The notes: generated from the letters alone by a model not told the origin. A stretch of 64,000 nt of DNA from an uncultured Actinomycetota bacterium (GCA_963703795.1 CAVPFT010000063.1:116047-180046), one strand, 5' to 3'. Counted from the stretch's first letter, positions 1 through 9,905 are shown. Program-made: numbers and translations.

Positions 1-305
1 GCCCGCAACGGTTTTGGCTCGGCGTGTGCCCCGTCGATGCCCAGCGCCGACAATTCCTCGGCCGCGGCGGTGCACGCGTTGAGCGGCCGCACCGCCGGCG
101 GGCCCCCGTTCAGCAGCGAGAAGCCACTCAGCACAAGCTCGTCCAGCATGACCTCGCCGAACTGCCGCATCCCGCGCGGGGACGCCGGAGCCCAGCCGGT
201 CGATTCGTTGAGGCCTGCCACCGTACGCGGCAGCAGCATGCCCAACTCGCGCGCCAGCTCCCTGGAGATGCCCAGCCCGCGCGTCGCCCATGACACGGTG
301 CTCAC
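1..305 (-). CDS. 5' part of a probable alpha/beta-hydrolase-family protein (runs off the window start)
   Basis: My translation from GTG at 305, abutting the BVMO stop: MSTVSWATRGLGISRELARELG...VMLDELVLSGFSLL...; the frame is open to the edge. The family call is tentative because the catalytic region is outside the window. Confidence 0.5.
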   Translation of the reverse strand, partial: MSTVSWATRGLGISRELARELGMLLPRTVAGLNESTGWAPASPRGMRQFGEVMLDELVLSGFSLLNGGPPAVRPLNACTAAAEELSALGIDGAHAEPKPLR

Positions 306-1931
306 CTAGCCGAGCTTGAAGCCGGTATATCCGCCAACCGCGATTTCATCGCAGCGGCGACGGTACTCGGGAATTCCGCCGGTATAGCCCATATACATCC
401 GTTTCTTGCCGGGCACATTGCCACCGTTGTACCAGGATTTGCACGACGGGTGCACCAGCACCGTCGGCGCGACGAGCGCGGTGGCGTGGTCGATCCACTC
501 CTGCTGAGCGCTGGGCAGGGCTTCGATGGTGCGGATCCCGTTGGTGCGCAGGTAGGCGATGCAGTCGCCGATCCACTCCACGTGTTGTTCGAGCGCAGCC
601 ACGAAGTTGGTTGCGGCGCTGGGGCTCCCGGGGCCTTGCACCGTGAACAGGTTGGGGAAGCCGGCCACGGCCAACCCGAGATAGGAGAGCGGCCCCTGGC
701 CCGCCCAGAATTCGCCGAGCGACATGCCGCCGCGGCCGCGAATGTCGATGCGGCTCAGCGCGCCGGTCATGGCGTCGAACCCGGTGGCGTAGACGATCAC
801 GTCGAGTTCGTAAGAATCGCGCTCGGTGCGGATACCCGTCGGTGCGACTTCGCGGATCGGCGCCGTGCGCAGGTCGACGAGCGTGACGTTGTCTCGGTTG
901 AACGTCTCGTAGTAGCCCTGGTCGATGATCGGTCGCTTGCACCCGAAGGGATGGTCGGGCACCAACGCCGCCGCGGTTACCGGCTCGTTGACGATCCGGG
1001 CCACCGCCTCCCCGTACAGCTTGGCGGCCATCCGGTTGGCTTCGATGTCAAAGAAGAGGTCGCCCCAGTTCAGCGCGCCCAGCACGCCGTTCTGCTCGAT
1101 GGCACGCAATTGCTCCTCGCGCGTCGCCGACTTCAACGGCGGCCTGCCGAGCATCTCGAGGAGCACCGAGAACGCGCTCAGCCGCGCCGCACCGACCGGA
1201 TGGGCGCGCTGGGCCGCCCGGATCTCGTCGTAGCGGGCCTTCATCTCGTCCAGCTCGCCCGGCTCGAATCGCCGCACCCGCCACGGCAGCGTGTATGCCG
1301 GCGACCGCTGGAACACATAGAGCTGCAAGGCTTCCCGGGCGACGATAGGAATGAGCTGAACGCCGGTCGAGCCCGTCCCGATGACAGCGACGCGCTTCCC
1401 GGTGAGATCGAAACCCTCCTTCGGCCAGCGACTGGTGAACAGCGACGTTCCGGTGAAGGTCGCCATGCCGGGGATGTCGGGCTCCAGGGGTTCCGACAGG
1501 ATGCCGGTGGCGGCGACGACAAACGGGGCGGTAAAGGACTCACCCGCCGCGGTCCGCACGGTCCAACTGCCGGCCTGTTCGTCGAACGCCATCGACACGA
1601 CCTCGGTGTGGAACTGGATGTCGCGGCGAAGATCGAGCCGGTCGGCGACGAAGTTCAGATAGGCCTCGACTTCGGCCTGGGCCGGCATCGTCTCCGTCCA
1701 AACCCATTCGCGCTGAATCTCGTCGGCGAAGCTGTAGGAGTACTCGATGCTTTCGATGTCGCATCGTGCGCCCGGGTATCGGTTGAACAGCCAGGTGCCG
1801 CCGACGTTTTCGGCCCTCTCCAACACCCGTGCCCGGATGCCCAGTTGCCGCAGCCGATGCAGCATGTATAGGCCGGAAAATCCTGCGCCGATGACCAGGG
1901 CGTCGAAGTGCGCGTCGGCGTCACTCGCCAT
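306..1931 (-). CDS. Baeyer-Villiger (cyclohexanone/phenylacetone-type) flavin monooxygenase
   Basis: Rossmann motifs GAGFSG and GTGSTG; GGTWxxNRYPGARCD motif; KRP catalytic Arg; ATGFDA; atypical fingerprint FTGTSLFTSRWP. Confidence 0.92.
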   Translation of the reverse strand: MASDADAHFDALVIGAGFSGLYMLHRLRQLGIRARVLERAENVGGTWLFNRYPGARCDIESIEYSYSFADEIQREWVWTETMPAQAEVEAYLNFVADRLDLRRDIQFHTEVVSMAFDEQAGSWTVRTAAGESFTAPFVVAATGILSEPLEPDIPGMATFTGTSLFTSRWPKEGFDLTGKRVAVIGTGSTGVQLIPIVAREALQLYVFQRSPAYTLPWRVRRFEPGELDEMKARYDEIRAAQRAHPVGAARLSAFSVLLEMLGRPPLKSATREEQLRAIEQNGVLGALNWGDLFFDIEANRMAAKLYGEAVARIVNEPVTAAALVPDHPFGCKRPIIDQGYYETFNRDNVTLVDLRTAPIREVAPTGIRTERDSYELDVIVYATGFDAMTGALSRIDIRGRGGMSLGEFWAGQGPLSYLGLAVAGFPNLFTVQGPGSPSAATNFVAALEQHVEWIGDCIAYLRTNGIRTIEALPSAQQEWIDHATALVAPTVLVHPSCKSWYNGGNVPGKKRMYMGYTGGIPEYRRRCDEIAVGGYTGFKLG

Positions 1932-2035
1932 CTCGCGCCTTCAAGTGACGAAGCGCTCGCCGCTCGTCAGCCGCGCGAACGTCCTCTCCACACATAGAGC
2001 TCCCCTGCCCCGAACCGGCCGACTGCTGAAATCTA

Positions 2036-2054
2036 TACTGTAACGGACTTAGTA
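2036..2054. promoter_or_regulatory. Putative TetR operator TACTGTAACGGACTTAGTA in the divergent BVMO/Rieske promoter
   Basis: Matches the 19-bp TACTGTA-N5-TACAGTA motif seen at four other cluster promoters; overlaps a TATACT -10-like hexamer at 2034-2039. Confidence 0.6.
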
Positions 2055-2078
2055 TCAATGAGTGCGGGAGGCGCCGGC

Positions 2079-3071
2079 GTGAAAGTGCCTTTCACCTGGA
2101 AGGTAACCGGGTGGTTCATGGTCGGGTGGTCGCCCGAATTCCCGACCGGCGAGGTGCGGCCACTCCACTATTTCGGCGAGGACCTGGTCGCCTACCGCGA
2201 CGAATCCGGTGAGTTACACGTTCTGGAAGCCCACTGCAAGCACCTCGGCGCGCACATCGGCCACGGCGGCAAGGTGGTCGGCGACTGCGTCGAGTGTCCG
2301 TTCCACGGGTGGCGCTGGGGCCCGGACGGCACCAATCGATACATCCCCTACCAACCGGACCGACCCAACCGCGCGCTGCGGCTGCGAGTGTTTCCGGTCC
2401 GGGAGCAGTACGACTGCGTGTTCATCTGGCACCAGCCGGACGGCAAGGAGCCGCAGTGGGAGATGCCGGACATCTTCCACAAGTTCCCGCAGTTCGAGAC
2501 GGACCCAGCGGCCTATTACCGGGCGTATCCGGAGTTTTCGCGGCGTGCGGAGCGCGAACCGGTGCACCCGCAGATCGTGGCGGAGAACGCCCCCGACAGC
2601 GCCCATTTCGAATACGTGCACCACGCCACCGTGACGCCCAGGGTGCTGGACTGGAGGATCGTCGACCACGAATGGCAATTCATCGCGGGCTGGCCCGACG
2701 CGGATAGTGACAACCCCGAGGATCTCGCGTTGCGGTTTCACAGCCACCTGTTCGGCCTCGGCGGGGCGATCAGCGTGTTCGAGGGCGCGCAGAATCATCG
2801 GCTGATCTTCACCTGCACGCCCGTCGACGACGAAGTGTCCGATCTGTTCTATTCGATCTGGTGGCCGCGAATCCCGGGCGACGACTCCGCTGTGCCGGAG
2901 GGCAAGCTGCGCGGGCTCATCGAAAAGCAATTCCTGTCCACCGTCTTCGACGATCTACAGATCTGGCGCTATCAGGAGTACGTGGAACATCCTGCGCTGT
3001 CCAAGGTCGACGCGAAAGGGTACATGGCCCTTCGTAAATGGGCCACCCAGTTCTATGACGTCCCGGCATGA
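2079..3071 (+). CDS. Rieske non-heme iron oxygenase, alpha subunit (KshA-like)
   Basis: CKH...CPFH Rieske ligands; ENAPDSAHFEYVH and DDLQIW mononuclear-iron motifs; GTG at 2079 follows GGAGG (ORF track start 2058). Confidence 0.92.
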   Translation: MKVPFTWKVTGWFMVGWSPEFPTGEVRPLHYFGEDLVAYRDESGELHVLEAHCKHLGAHIGHGGKVVGDCVECPFHGWRWGPDGTNRYIPYQPDRPNRALRLRVFPVREQYDCVFIWHQPDGKEPQWEMPDIFHKFPQFETDPAAYYRAYPEFSRRAEREPVHPQIVAENAPDSAHFEYVHHATVTPRVLDWRIVDHEWQFIAGWPDADSDNPEDLALRFHSHLFGLGGAISVFEGAQNHRLIFTCTPVDDEVSDLFYSIWWPRIPGDDSAVPEGKLRGLIEKQFLSTVFDDLQIWRYQEYVEHPALSKVDAKGYMALRKWATQFYDVPA

Positions 3072-3688
3072 GGCCCCAACTCGCCAATCTCGTTGAGCCC
3101 GGGCGCACCGCGATCGTCACCCAGGAGTGCCAGGGCGCGGTCATCGGCCCAGATGCGGGGCTGGCCATGCTCGCCGAGGAAGCCCGTCGCGTCGCATTGC
3201 CCAGCATCGTGCGGCTGTTGCCGGTGGCGCGGGCCGCCGGTGTACACATCGTGCACTGCCTGGTGCAGCGGCGCCCCGACGGGCTGGGGTCCAACCACAA
3301 CGCCAAGATCTTCACCATGAGCCGCGGCGCGGTCGACATCGCCCCGGGCACGCCCGGAGCGGAAGTGCTCCCCGAATTGGGGCCCGAGCCAAGCGATCTG
3401 ATATTGCGGAGGTGGCATGGTGTCGGACCGATGGGGGGCACCGACCTCGACGCGGTGCTGCGGAACCTCGGGGTGTCCACCATTGTCGTCGTTGGCGTTT
3501 CGCTGAACATCGCCATCCCCAACGTCGTCATGGACGCGGTCAATGCCGCCTATCGCGTCGTCGTGCCGCGCGATGCCGTGGCCGGCATACCCACCGAGTA
3601 CGGCGACGCGATCATTGCCAACACGCTGTCGCTGCTGGCGACCATCACCACCACCGACGAGTTGATCAACCTCTGGAAGGGTTCATGA
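3068..3688 (+). CDS. Isochorismatase/cysteine-hydrolase family protein with a degenerate triad
   Basis: TAIVTQECQ, LDAVLRNLGVSTIVVVGVS, VVVPRDAVA; ATGA overlap with the Rieske gene. Confidence 0.85.
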   Translation: MRPQLANLVEPGRTAIVTQECQGAVIGPDAGLAMLAEEARRVALPSIVRLLPVARAAGVHIVHCLVQRRPDGLGSNHNAKIFTMSRGAVDIAPGTPGAEVLPELGPEPSDLILRRWHGVGPMGGTDLDAVLRNLGVSTIVVVGVSLNIAIPNVVMDAVNAAYRVVVPRDAVAGIPTEYGDAIIANTLSLLATITTTDELINLWKGS

Positions 3689-4305
3689 CGGACACAGCAC
3701 CCGAAGTCCGGGGCGGATTCCCCGAAGTCAAACAGGTCGACCATGCGCCGCCGGGGCTCGGCCGTTTTGTGGCCGCGATGCACCGCCTGCAGGACCTGAC
3801 GGTCTCCACCAATCCCGACGGTTCGATATGGTCCACCGCGGCCCAACAGGTCGAAAATGCTTGCGCGTTACTGGACGGCCATCAGGTTCCGGAAACCCTG
3901 GCGACGGCCGGCCGAATCCTCGAACTGCCCGGGTTGGGTCACCCCCTGCTACCGCCATGGACCCTCACGGACTCCGGGGCCCACGGCGTGGTGATGAAAG
4001 GACACTTCACCCGATCCCACGTGGGCGGAAACAACGCCGTGCACGGCGGGTTCATCCCGCTGCTCTACGACTGGCTATTCGGCATGGTGGTATCCACCGC
4101 GGGCATCCACCCAACTCGCACGGCGTACCTGCACGTCGACTACCGCAACATCACCCCGATCGACGAACCGTTGACCGCCCATGGCCGCATCGTCGAGGTC
4201 GACGGAAGGAAAAACTTCATTGCCGCTAGCATGACGGCTGCGGACGGCACACTGCTCAGCGAAGCCAACGGCCTGATGGTCCGCCTGCTACCCCACCAGC
4301 CGTGA
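3685..4305 (+). CDS. PaaI-type hotdog-fold thioesterase
   Basis: HVGGNNAVHGG..LLYD and TAYLHVDYRNITP; true start is ATG 3685 (ATGA overlap), not 3127. Confidence 0.85.
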   Translation: MTDTAPEVRGGFPEVKQVDHAPPGLGRFVAAMHRLQDLTVSTNPDGSIWSTAAQQVENACALLDGHQVPETLATAGRILELPGLGHPLLPPWTLTDSGAHGVVMKGHFTRSHVGGNNAVHGGFIPLLYDWLFGMVVSTAGIHPTRTAYLHVDYRNITPIDEPLTAHGRIVEVDGRKNFIAASMTAADGTLLSEANGLMVRLLPHQP

Positions 4306-4325
4306 AAGGCGCAGCACCCGCTGCG

Positions 4326-4383
4326 CGAGCAGACGCAGAATCGCACGGCGCGGGTGCCGCGCGTGCGATTCTGCGTCTGCTCG
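4326..4383. repeat. Mycobacterial REP-like palindrome with perfect 22-bp arms
   Basis: CGAGCAGACGCAGAATCGCACG (4326-4347) / CGTGCGATTCTGCGTCTGCTCG (4362-4383), intergenic. Confidence 0.85.
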
Positions 4384-4396
4384 AAGAAAGGAAATA

Positions 4397-6046
4397 GTGG
4401 ACACCACCACGCAATTCACGGTGCCCGCCGTCGCGAAGGCCGTCGCCGCGGCGATTCCCGACCGCGACCTGGTGATCCGGGGGGAACAGCATCACAGCTA
4501 CGCACGGCTCCTCGAGCGGTCGAACCGGCTCGCCGCATACCTGCACTCGCGGGGACTGGGCTGCCGTACCGAGCGCTCGGCGCTCGCCGGCCACGAGGCA
4601 GGTCAGGACTTACTTGGCCTCTACGCCTATAACGGAAATGAATTCGTGGAGGCGTTGCTCGGCACCTTCGCGGCCCGGGTTGCCCCGTTCAACGTCAACT
4701 TCCGCTATGTCAAAGATGAGCTGCAATATCTGCTGACCGATTCGGGGGCGACCGCCCTGATCTACCACGCCGCGTTCGCGCCGCGGGTGGCCGAAGTCCT
4801 GCCGGATCTTCCGCAGCTGCGCGTCCTGATTCAGATCGCCGACGACTCGGGCAACGACTTGATCTACGGTGCAGTGGATTACGAGGCCGCCCTGGCGTCC
4901 AGCTCGCCCGAACCTCCTCCCGTCCGACACTCGCCCGACGACTTGTACGTCCTGTACACCGGCGGCACGACGGGTATGCCGAAGGGAGTGCTGTGGCGCC
5001 AGCACGACATCTTCATGACGTCCTTTGGCGGCCGAAATCTCATGACCGGCGAGCCGTTCGGCTCCGTCGACGAGATCGTCGCGGCAGCGGCCGCGGGCCC
5101 CGGCACCAAGATGCTGATCCTGCCGCCGCTGATCCACGGCGCGGCACAGTGGAGCGTGATGATGGCGCTCACGACCGGCCAGACCGTCGTCTTCCCTTCC
5201 GTCGTAGATCATTTGGACGCCGACGATGTGGTTCGCACCATCGAGCGTGAGCGCGTGACGGTGGTGACGGTGGTCGGTGACGCAATTGCGCGGCCCTTGG
5301 TCGCCGCCATCGAGAAGGGCAGCGCCGACGTGTCGTCGTTGGCCGTGGTCGCCAATGGCGGCGCGCTGCTCACCCCGTACGTCAAGGAGCGCCTGATCGA
5401 AGCCCTGCCCAACGCCGTCGTCGTAGACGGCGTCGGATCGTCGGAGACCGGCGCTCAGATGCACCACATGTCCACGTCGGGGGCGGTGTCGACCGGCACG
5501 TTCAACGCCGGACCCGACACCGTCGTGGCGGCCGAGGATCTGACCGCGATCATGCGGCCTGGTCACGACGGCATCGGCTGGCTGGCGCAACGAGGCTACG
5601 TTCCGCTGGGCTACAAGGGCGACGCGGCCAAGACCGCCACGACATTTCCCGTGATCGACGGTGCGCGGTACGCGATCCCGGGCGATCGCGCGCGCCACCG
5701 CGCCGACGGCGCTATCGAATTGCTGGGCCGCGATTCGGTGACGATCAATTCCGGTGGCGAGAAGATCTTCGCCGAAGAGGTAGAAACCGCGATCGCGTCG
5801 CATCCGGCGGTGGTCGACGTGGTGGTCGCCGGGCGGCCGAGCGACCGTTGGGGGCAGGAGGTCGTCGCGGTCGTCGCGCTCGCCGAGGGTGCCCACGCCG
5901 ATGCCGACGAGCTGGTCGCGCACGCCGCGCAGTCCCTGGCTCGCTACAAACTCCCCAAAGCCGTGCTGTTCCGTCCGGTGATAGAGCGCAGCCCGTCCGG
6001 CAAGGCCGATTACCGGTGGGCACGCGAGCAGGCGTTGAACGGCTGA
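4397..6046 (+). CDS. Acyl-CoA synthetase (FadD19-like)
   Basis: YTGGTTGMPKG AMP-binding motif; GSSETG; INSGGEKIFAEEVE; RSPSGKADY. Confidence 0.92.
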   Translation: MDTTTQFTVPAVAKAVAAAIPDRDLVIRGEQHHSYARLLERSNRLAAYLHSRGLGCRTERSALAGHEAGQDLLGLYAYNGNEFVEALLGTFAARVAPFNVNFRYVKDELQYLLTDSGATALIYHAAFAPRVAEVLPDLPQLRVLIQIADDSGNDLIYGAVDYEAALASSSPEPPPVRHSPDDLYVLYTGGTTGMPKGVLWRQHDIFMTSFGGRNLMTGEPFGSVDEIVAAAAAGPGTKMLILPPLIHGAAQWSVMMALTTGQTVVFPSVVDHLDADDVVRTIERERVTVVTVVGDAIARPLVAAIEKGSADVSSLAVVANGGALLTPYVKERLIEALPNAVVVDGVGSSETGAQMHHMSTSGAVSTGTFNAGPDTVVAAEDLTAIMRPGHDGIGWLAQRGYVPLGYKGDAAKTATTFPVIDGARYAIPGDRARHRADGAIELLGRDSVTINSGGEKIFAEEVETAIASHPAVVDVVVAGRPSDRWGQEVVAVVALAEGAHADADELVAHAAQSLARYKLPKAVLFRPVIERSPSGKADYRWAREQALNG

Positions 6047-6090
6047 CGGGTTAAGCCCGCCCCGCTAACCCGGGCATTACCCATGTTGTC

Positions 6091-6109
6091 TACTGTAATA
6101 ATTACAGTA
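6091..6109. promoter_or_regulatory. Perfect palindromic operator TACTGTAATAATTACAGTA upstream of the P450 operon
   Basis: 9-bp arms with a 1-nt centre; an AT-rich patch in high-GC DNA. Confidence 0.8.
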
Positions 6110-6145
6110 CGATCTTACGCAAGGACAGCCCGTTCACGCTGAAGG

Positions 6146-7369
6146 ATGCTGGAGATCTCGGTGACGACCAACGTTCACACGCCCGCCGGCACCGGCGACC
6201 AGTCCGTTGATCTGCGTGACCCCTACCCGTACTTCGCCCGAAAACGCCGGGCGGCCGGCGTCTTCTCCGGGACGGTCATGGACTACTCCAAGACTCCTGA
6301 GTCCCTACTGCCCAAGCGCGAGTACTCCGCCATGTCGTTCGATGCGGTGAACAAGGTGTTTCGGGACGGGCGGGTGTTCAGCTCCAAACCGTACGACAAG
6401 ACAATCGGCCTGTTCATGGGGCCGACCATTCTGGCGATGGATGGAAAGACGCATCGCGACCATCGCAACCTGGTGTCGGCGGCGTTCAAGTCCAAGGCGC
6501 TGGCCCGGTGGGAGCCGACCATCGTGCGGCCGGTCTGCAATGCCTTGATCGACGAGTTCATCGACGCCGGCGAGGCCGATCTGGTCCGCGATTTCACGTT
6601 CGAATTTCCCACCCGCATCATCGCCCAACTGCTGGGACTGCCGGCCGGCGACCTGCCGATGTTTCGCATGCGCGCGGAGCAGCTGATCAGCTACCACGTC
6701 GACTACGAACGCGCCTTCGAGGCGTCGGCGGCGCTCAAGGACTACTTCCTCGACCAGATCGAGCAGCGCAAATCCAGGCCCACCGAGGACATCATCGGCG
6801 ATTTGGTCACCGCGGAGATAGACGGCGAAAAGCTCAGCGACGAAGCGATTTACTCCTTCCTGCGGCTGCTGTTGCCCGCCGGGCTGGAAACCACGTACCG
6901 GTCGTCGGGAAACCTGCTCTATCTGCTGCTCACCCATCCGGACCAGTTCGCCGCGATACAAGCGGACCGAGAGCTGATCCCGCAGGCGATCGAGGAAGGG
7001 TTGCGCGTCGAGACGCCGCTGACCACCGTCCAGCGTTTTGCGACCGAAGACACCGAGCTGGAAGGGGTCGAAGTTCCCGCGCGCTCGGTGATCGGCGTGT
7101 GCATCGGTTCCGCGAACCGCGACGAGCGGCGCTGGGAACGCTCGGAGGAATTCGACATCTTCCGCAGGCACGTACCGCACATCTCGTTCGCCGCCGGCGA
7201 GCACACCTGCTTGGGCCTTCACCTGGCGCGGCTGGAAACGCGCGTCGCACTCGAATGCCTGCTCACTAGATTGACGAACATCGGGCTGCTGACCGATCAC
7301 GACCCACACATCCACGGTCAGCCCTTCCGTTCGCCGACGGCGCTTCCGGTGACGTTCGACGCAAAGTAG
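6146..7369 (+). CDS. Cytochrome P450
   Basis: I-helix AGLETT, K-helix EGLR, heme motif FAAGEHTCLG. Confidence 0.96.
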   Translation: MLEISVTTNVHTPAGTGDQSVDLRDPYPYFARKRRAAGVFSGTVMDYSKTPESLLPKREYSAMSFDAVNKVFRDGRVFSSKPYDKTIGLFMGPTILAMDGKTHRDHRNLVSAAFKSKALARWEPTIVRPVCNALIDEFIDAGEADLVRDFTFEFPTRIIAQLLGLPAGDLPMFRMRAEQLISYHVDYERAFEASAALKDYFLDQIEQRKSRPTEDIIGDLVTAEIDGEKLSDEAIYSFLRLLLPAGLETTYRSSGNLLYLLLTHPDQFAAIQADRELIPQAIEEGLRVETPLTTVQRFATEDTELEGVEVPARSVIGVCIGSANRDERRWERSEEFDIFRRHVPHISFAAGEHTCLGLHLARLETRVALECLLTRLTNIGLLTDHDPHIHGQPFRSPTALPVTFDAK

Positions 7370-7384
7370 TTAGGGTCTGAGGGA

Positions 7385-8614
7385 ATGATCAAGGTAATGG
7401 CGGGATTTCGGGTCCTGGAGCTGGCGCAGTTCACGTTCGTCCCTGCGGCGGGAGCCATTCTCGCCGACTGGGGCGCAGACGTCCTCAAGATCGAGCACCC
7501 GCTGCGCGGCGATACTCAACGCGGCTTCCTCAACATGGGCGGCATCCAGGTCGACCCGGACCGTCATCCGCTGATGGAGCACCCCAACCGCGGCAAGCGC
7601 AGCGTCGGGGTCGACGTTTCCACGCCGGGCGGCCAGGAGGTGATCTACGAACTGGCCAAGACCTCCGACGTGTTCCTGACCAACTACAAGCCCGCGCAAC
7701 GGCAGAAGCACAAGTTCGACGTGGAGCACATTCGCGCGGTGAACCCGAACATCGTGTACGCCCGCGGGTCGGCGTACGGCGACAAGGGACCGGAACGTGA
7801 CGTGGGTGGCTACGACGGGACGGCGTTCTGGACGCGCAGCGGCGTCGGGTACGCGCTGACGCCTGAGGAGTTGGGCGGCGCTCTGGGACAAGGCATTCCG
7901 GCGTTCGGCGATTCCATCGGCGGCATGTTCATCGCCGGCGGCATCTCGGCCGCGTTGCTGCACCGCGAGCGCACCGGCGAAGCCGTCGAGCTCGATGTGT
8001 CACTGCTGAGCACGGCCTGGTGGGCGGCGGGCGCGAGCATGACCCAAGGCATGGAGGCGGGCGAAGTCATGCGCACGCCCATGCCGGGGTCCGCCACCGC
8101 GATGTCGGTGAACCCCTTCATGGGCAACTACCTGACGTCCGACGGCGGAACGATCAACCTGTGCATCATCAGCCCGACCGGGCTGATCCGCGACACATTC
8201 GAGCACCTGGGCATCCCGGAGGCCGCCGACGACCCCCGCTTCTCCGAAGTGCTCCCGCTGATCCAAAACGCCGACGCGGCCGCCGAGTTGATTGCTAAAG
8301 CCGTCGCCGGCAAGCCTTTTGACTATTGGCGGCAGCACCTGAAAACGATGAAAGGTCAGTGGGCGCCGTTCCAGAGCCTCCTCGATCTGGCCGACGACGA
8401 GCAGGCGCTTGCCAACGACATGATCTCCGAAGTCGAGCTCGCCAGCGGCGGAGCGCCGTTCAAAGTCGTCCGCGGCCCCGTCCAGTTCAACCACGAACCG
8501 CTGGTGACAACCCGGGCGCCGCAGGCGTCCGAGCACACCGAGCTGGTGCTGATGGAGATCGGCATGGACTGGGACCGCATCGAGGAACTCAAGGAATCGG
8601 GAGCCATCGCTTGA
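7385..8614 (+). CDS. CaiB/BaiF family III CoA-transferase
   Basis: [25 protein letters not shown]; NRGKRS; GYD; catalytic Asp region PAFGDSIGG. Confidence 0.92.
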   Translation: MIKVMAGFRVLELAQFTFVPAAGAILADWGADVLKIEHPLRGDTQRGFLNMGGIQVDPDRHPLMEHPNRGKRSVGVDVSTPGGQEVIYELAKTSDVFLTNYKPAQRQKHKFDVEHIRAVNPNIVYARGSAYGDKGPERDVGGYDGTAFWTRSGVGYALTPEELGGALGQGIPAFGDSIGGMFIAGGISAALLHRERTGEAVELDVSLLSTAWWAAGASMTQGMEAGEVMRTPMPGSATAMSVNPFMGNYLTSDGGTINLCIISPTGLIRDTFEHLGIPEAADDPRFSEVLPLIQNADAAAELIAKAVAGKPFDYWRQHLKTMKGQWAPFQSLLDLADDEQALANDMISEVELASGGAPFKVVRGPVQFNHEPLVTTRAPQASEHTELVLMEIGMDWDRIEELKESGAIA

Positions 8615-8691
8615 ACCGCGCCGGCGACGATGCAGAGCGGAGCGATGAGGTGGGGGCACCTCCCGCTTGCGGGGGAGAGTGGCGCTCATGA
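8611..8691 (+). repeat. 77-bp MIRU (mycobacterial interspersed repetitive unit) coupling the CoA-transferase stop to the thiolase start
   Basis: TTGAACCGCGCCGGCGACGATGCAGAGCGGAGCGATGAGGTGGGGGCACCTCCCGCTTGCGGGGGAGAGTGGCGCTC-ATGA; encodes a 26-codon mini-ORF overlapping both neighbours. Confidence 0.9.
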
Positions 8692-9833
8692 ACGACGTTG
8701 CCGTTATCGGTGTGGGACTGCACCCGTTCGGTCGCTTCGAGGGGAAGTCCGCGATGGAGATGGGCGCGGATGCAATCCAGCTCGCGGTCGCCGATGCCGG
8801 CATCGAATGGAGGGACATCCAAGCCGCCACCGGAGGCAGCTGGACGGTAGCCAATCCCGATGCGATCGTCGCCATGGTCGGTCTGTCCGGCATTCCCTTC
8901 ACCAACGTGTTCAACGCATGCGCGACCGCGGCCAGCGCCGCCAAAGCCTGTGCCGATGGTATCCGGCTGGGCGACTACGACATCGGGATCGCCATCGGCC
9001 TGGACAAGCACCCGCGCGGGGCGTTCACCGAGGACCCGGCTCTGGTCGGGATGCCGCGCTGGTATGCCGAGAACGGGCAGTACCTCACCACCAAATTCTT
9101 CGGCATGAAAGCCAACCGCTACTTGCATGACCACGGCATCTCGCAGCAGACCCTGGCCAAAGTCGCTGCCAAGAATTTTCGCAATGGAGCGTTGAACCCC
9201 AACGCGTTTCGCCGCAAGCCGATCTCCGAAGAGAACATCCTCAACTCGCCGGTGCTGAACTACCCACTCACCCAGTACATGTTCTGCGCGCCCGACGAAG
9301 GCGCGGCGGCGGTGGTGATGTGCAGGGCCGATATCGCGCAGCGCTACACGTCCAAGCCCATCTATCTGCGGGCCGTGGAAGTCCGCACCCGCCGCTACGG
9401 TGCCTACGAGGTCAACACCACGTTCGCGCCGGTCGAAGAGGATGTCGCTCCTACCGTGTACGCGTCGCGCGCCGCGTTTGAAAAGGCGGGCGTCTCACCC
9501 CAAGACGTCGATGTCATCCAGTTGCAGGACACCGACGCCGGCGCGGAGATCATCCACATGGCCGAATGCGGCTTCTGCGCCGACGGAGAGCAAGAAAAGC
9601 TGCTGGCCGACGGAGCCACCGAGATCACCGGCGCGATGCCGGTCAACACCGACGGCGGGCTGATCGCGAACGGCGAGCCGATCGGGGCGTCCGGTCTGCG
9701 CCAAATCCACGAGCTGGTGCGACAACTTCGCGGCGAGGCGGGCGATCGTCAGGTGCCGGGTGAGCCCCGCGTCGGGTTCGCTCAGCTCTACGGGGCGCCC
9801 GGCACCGCCGCCGCCACGATCCTGACGACTTAA
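8688..9833 (+). CDS. SCP2/Ltp-type thiolase-family protein
   Basis: DVAVIGVG..PFG; NACATAASA; VNTDGGLIANGEPIGASG; start ATG 8688 after the MIRU. Confidence 0.88.
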   Translation: MNDVAVIGVGLHPFGRFEGKSAMEMGADAIQLAVADAGIEWRDIQAATGGSWTVANPDAIVAMVGLSGIPFTNVFNACATAASAAKACADGIRLGDYDIGIAIGLDKHPRGAFTEDPALVGMPRWYAENGQYLTTKFFGMKANRYLHDHGISQQTLAKVAAKNFRNGALNPNAFRRKPISEENILNSPVLNYPLTQYMFCAPDEGAAAVVMCRADIAQRYTSKPIYLRAVEVRTRRYGAYEVNTTFAPVEEDVAPTVYASRAAFEKAGVSPQDVDVIQLQDTDAGAEIIHMAECGFCADGEQEKLLADGATEITGAMPVNTDGGLIANGEPIGASGLRQIHELVRQLRGEAGDRQVPGEPRVGFAQLYGAPGTAAATILTT

Positions 9834-9837
9834 CCGT

Positions 9838-9905
9838 CGCCCAACGTGCGCTCAGCGCGAAAATTCGGCTGATTTGTCGCACTGATTACACGTTGGGCGC
9901 GTCAG
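9838..9905. repeat. REP-like palindrome, left copy of a 29-bp direct repeat
   Basis: Arms 9838-9860 and 9877-9899 (19/23 complementary); 9877-9905 is identical to 11238-11266. Confidence 0.85.

Noticed and set aside
3127-3684. N-terminal extension of the thioesterase, and similar extensions of ORFs 12472..13935, 10253..11161 and 18247..18867
   Set aside because: These are alternative-frame read-throughs of neighbouring genes; better starts exist with an RBS or a coupled stop/start.
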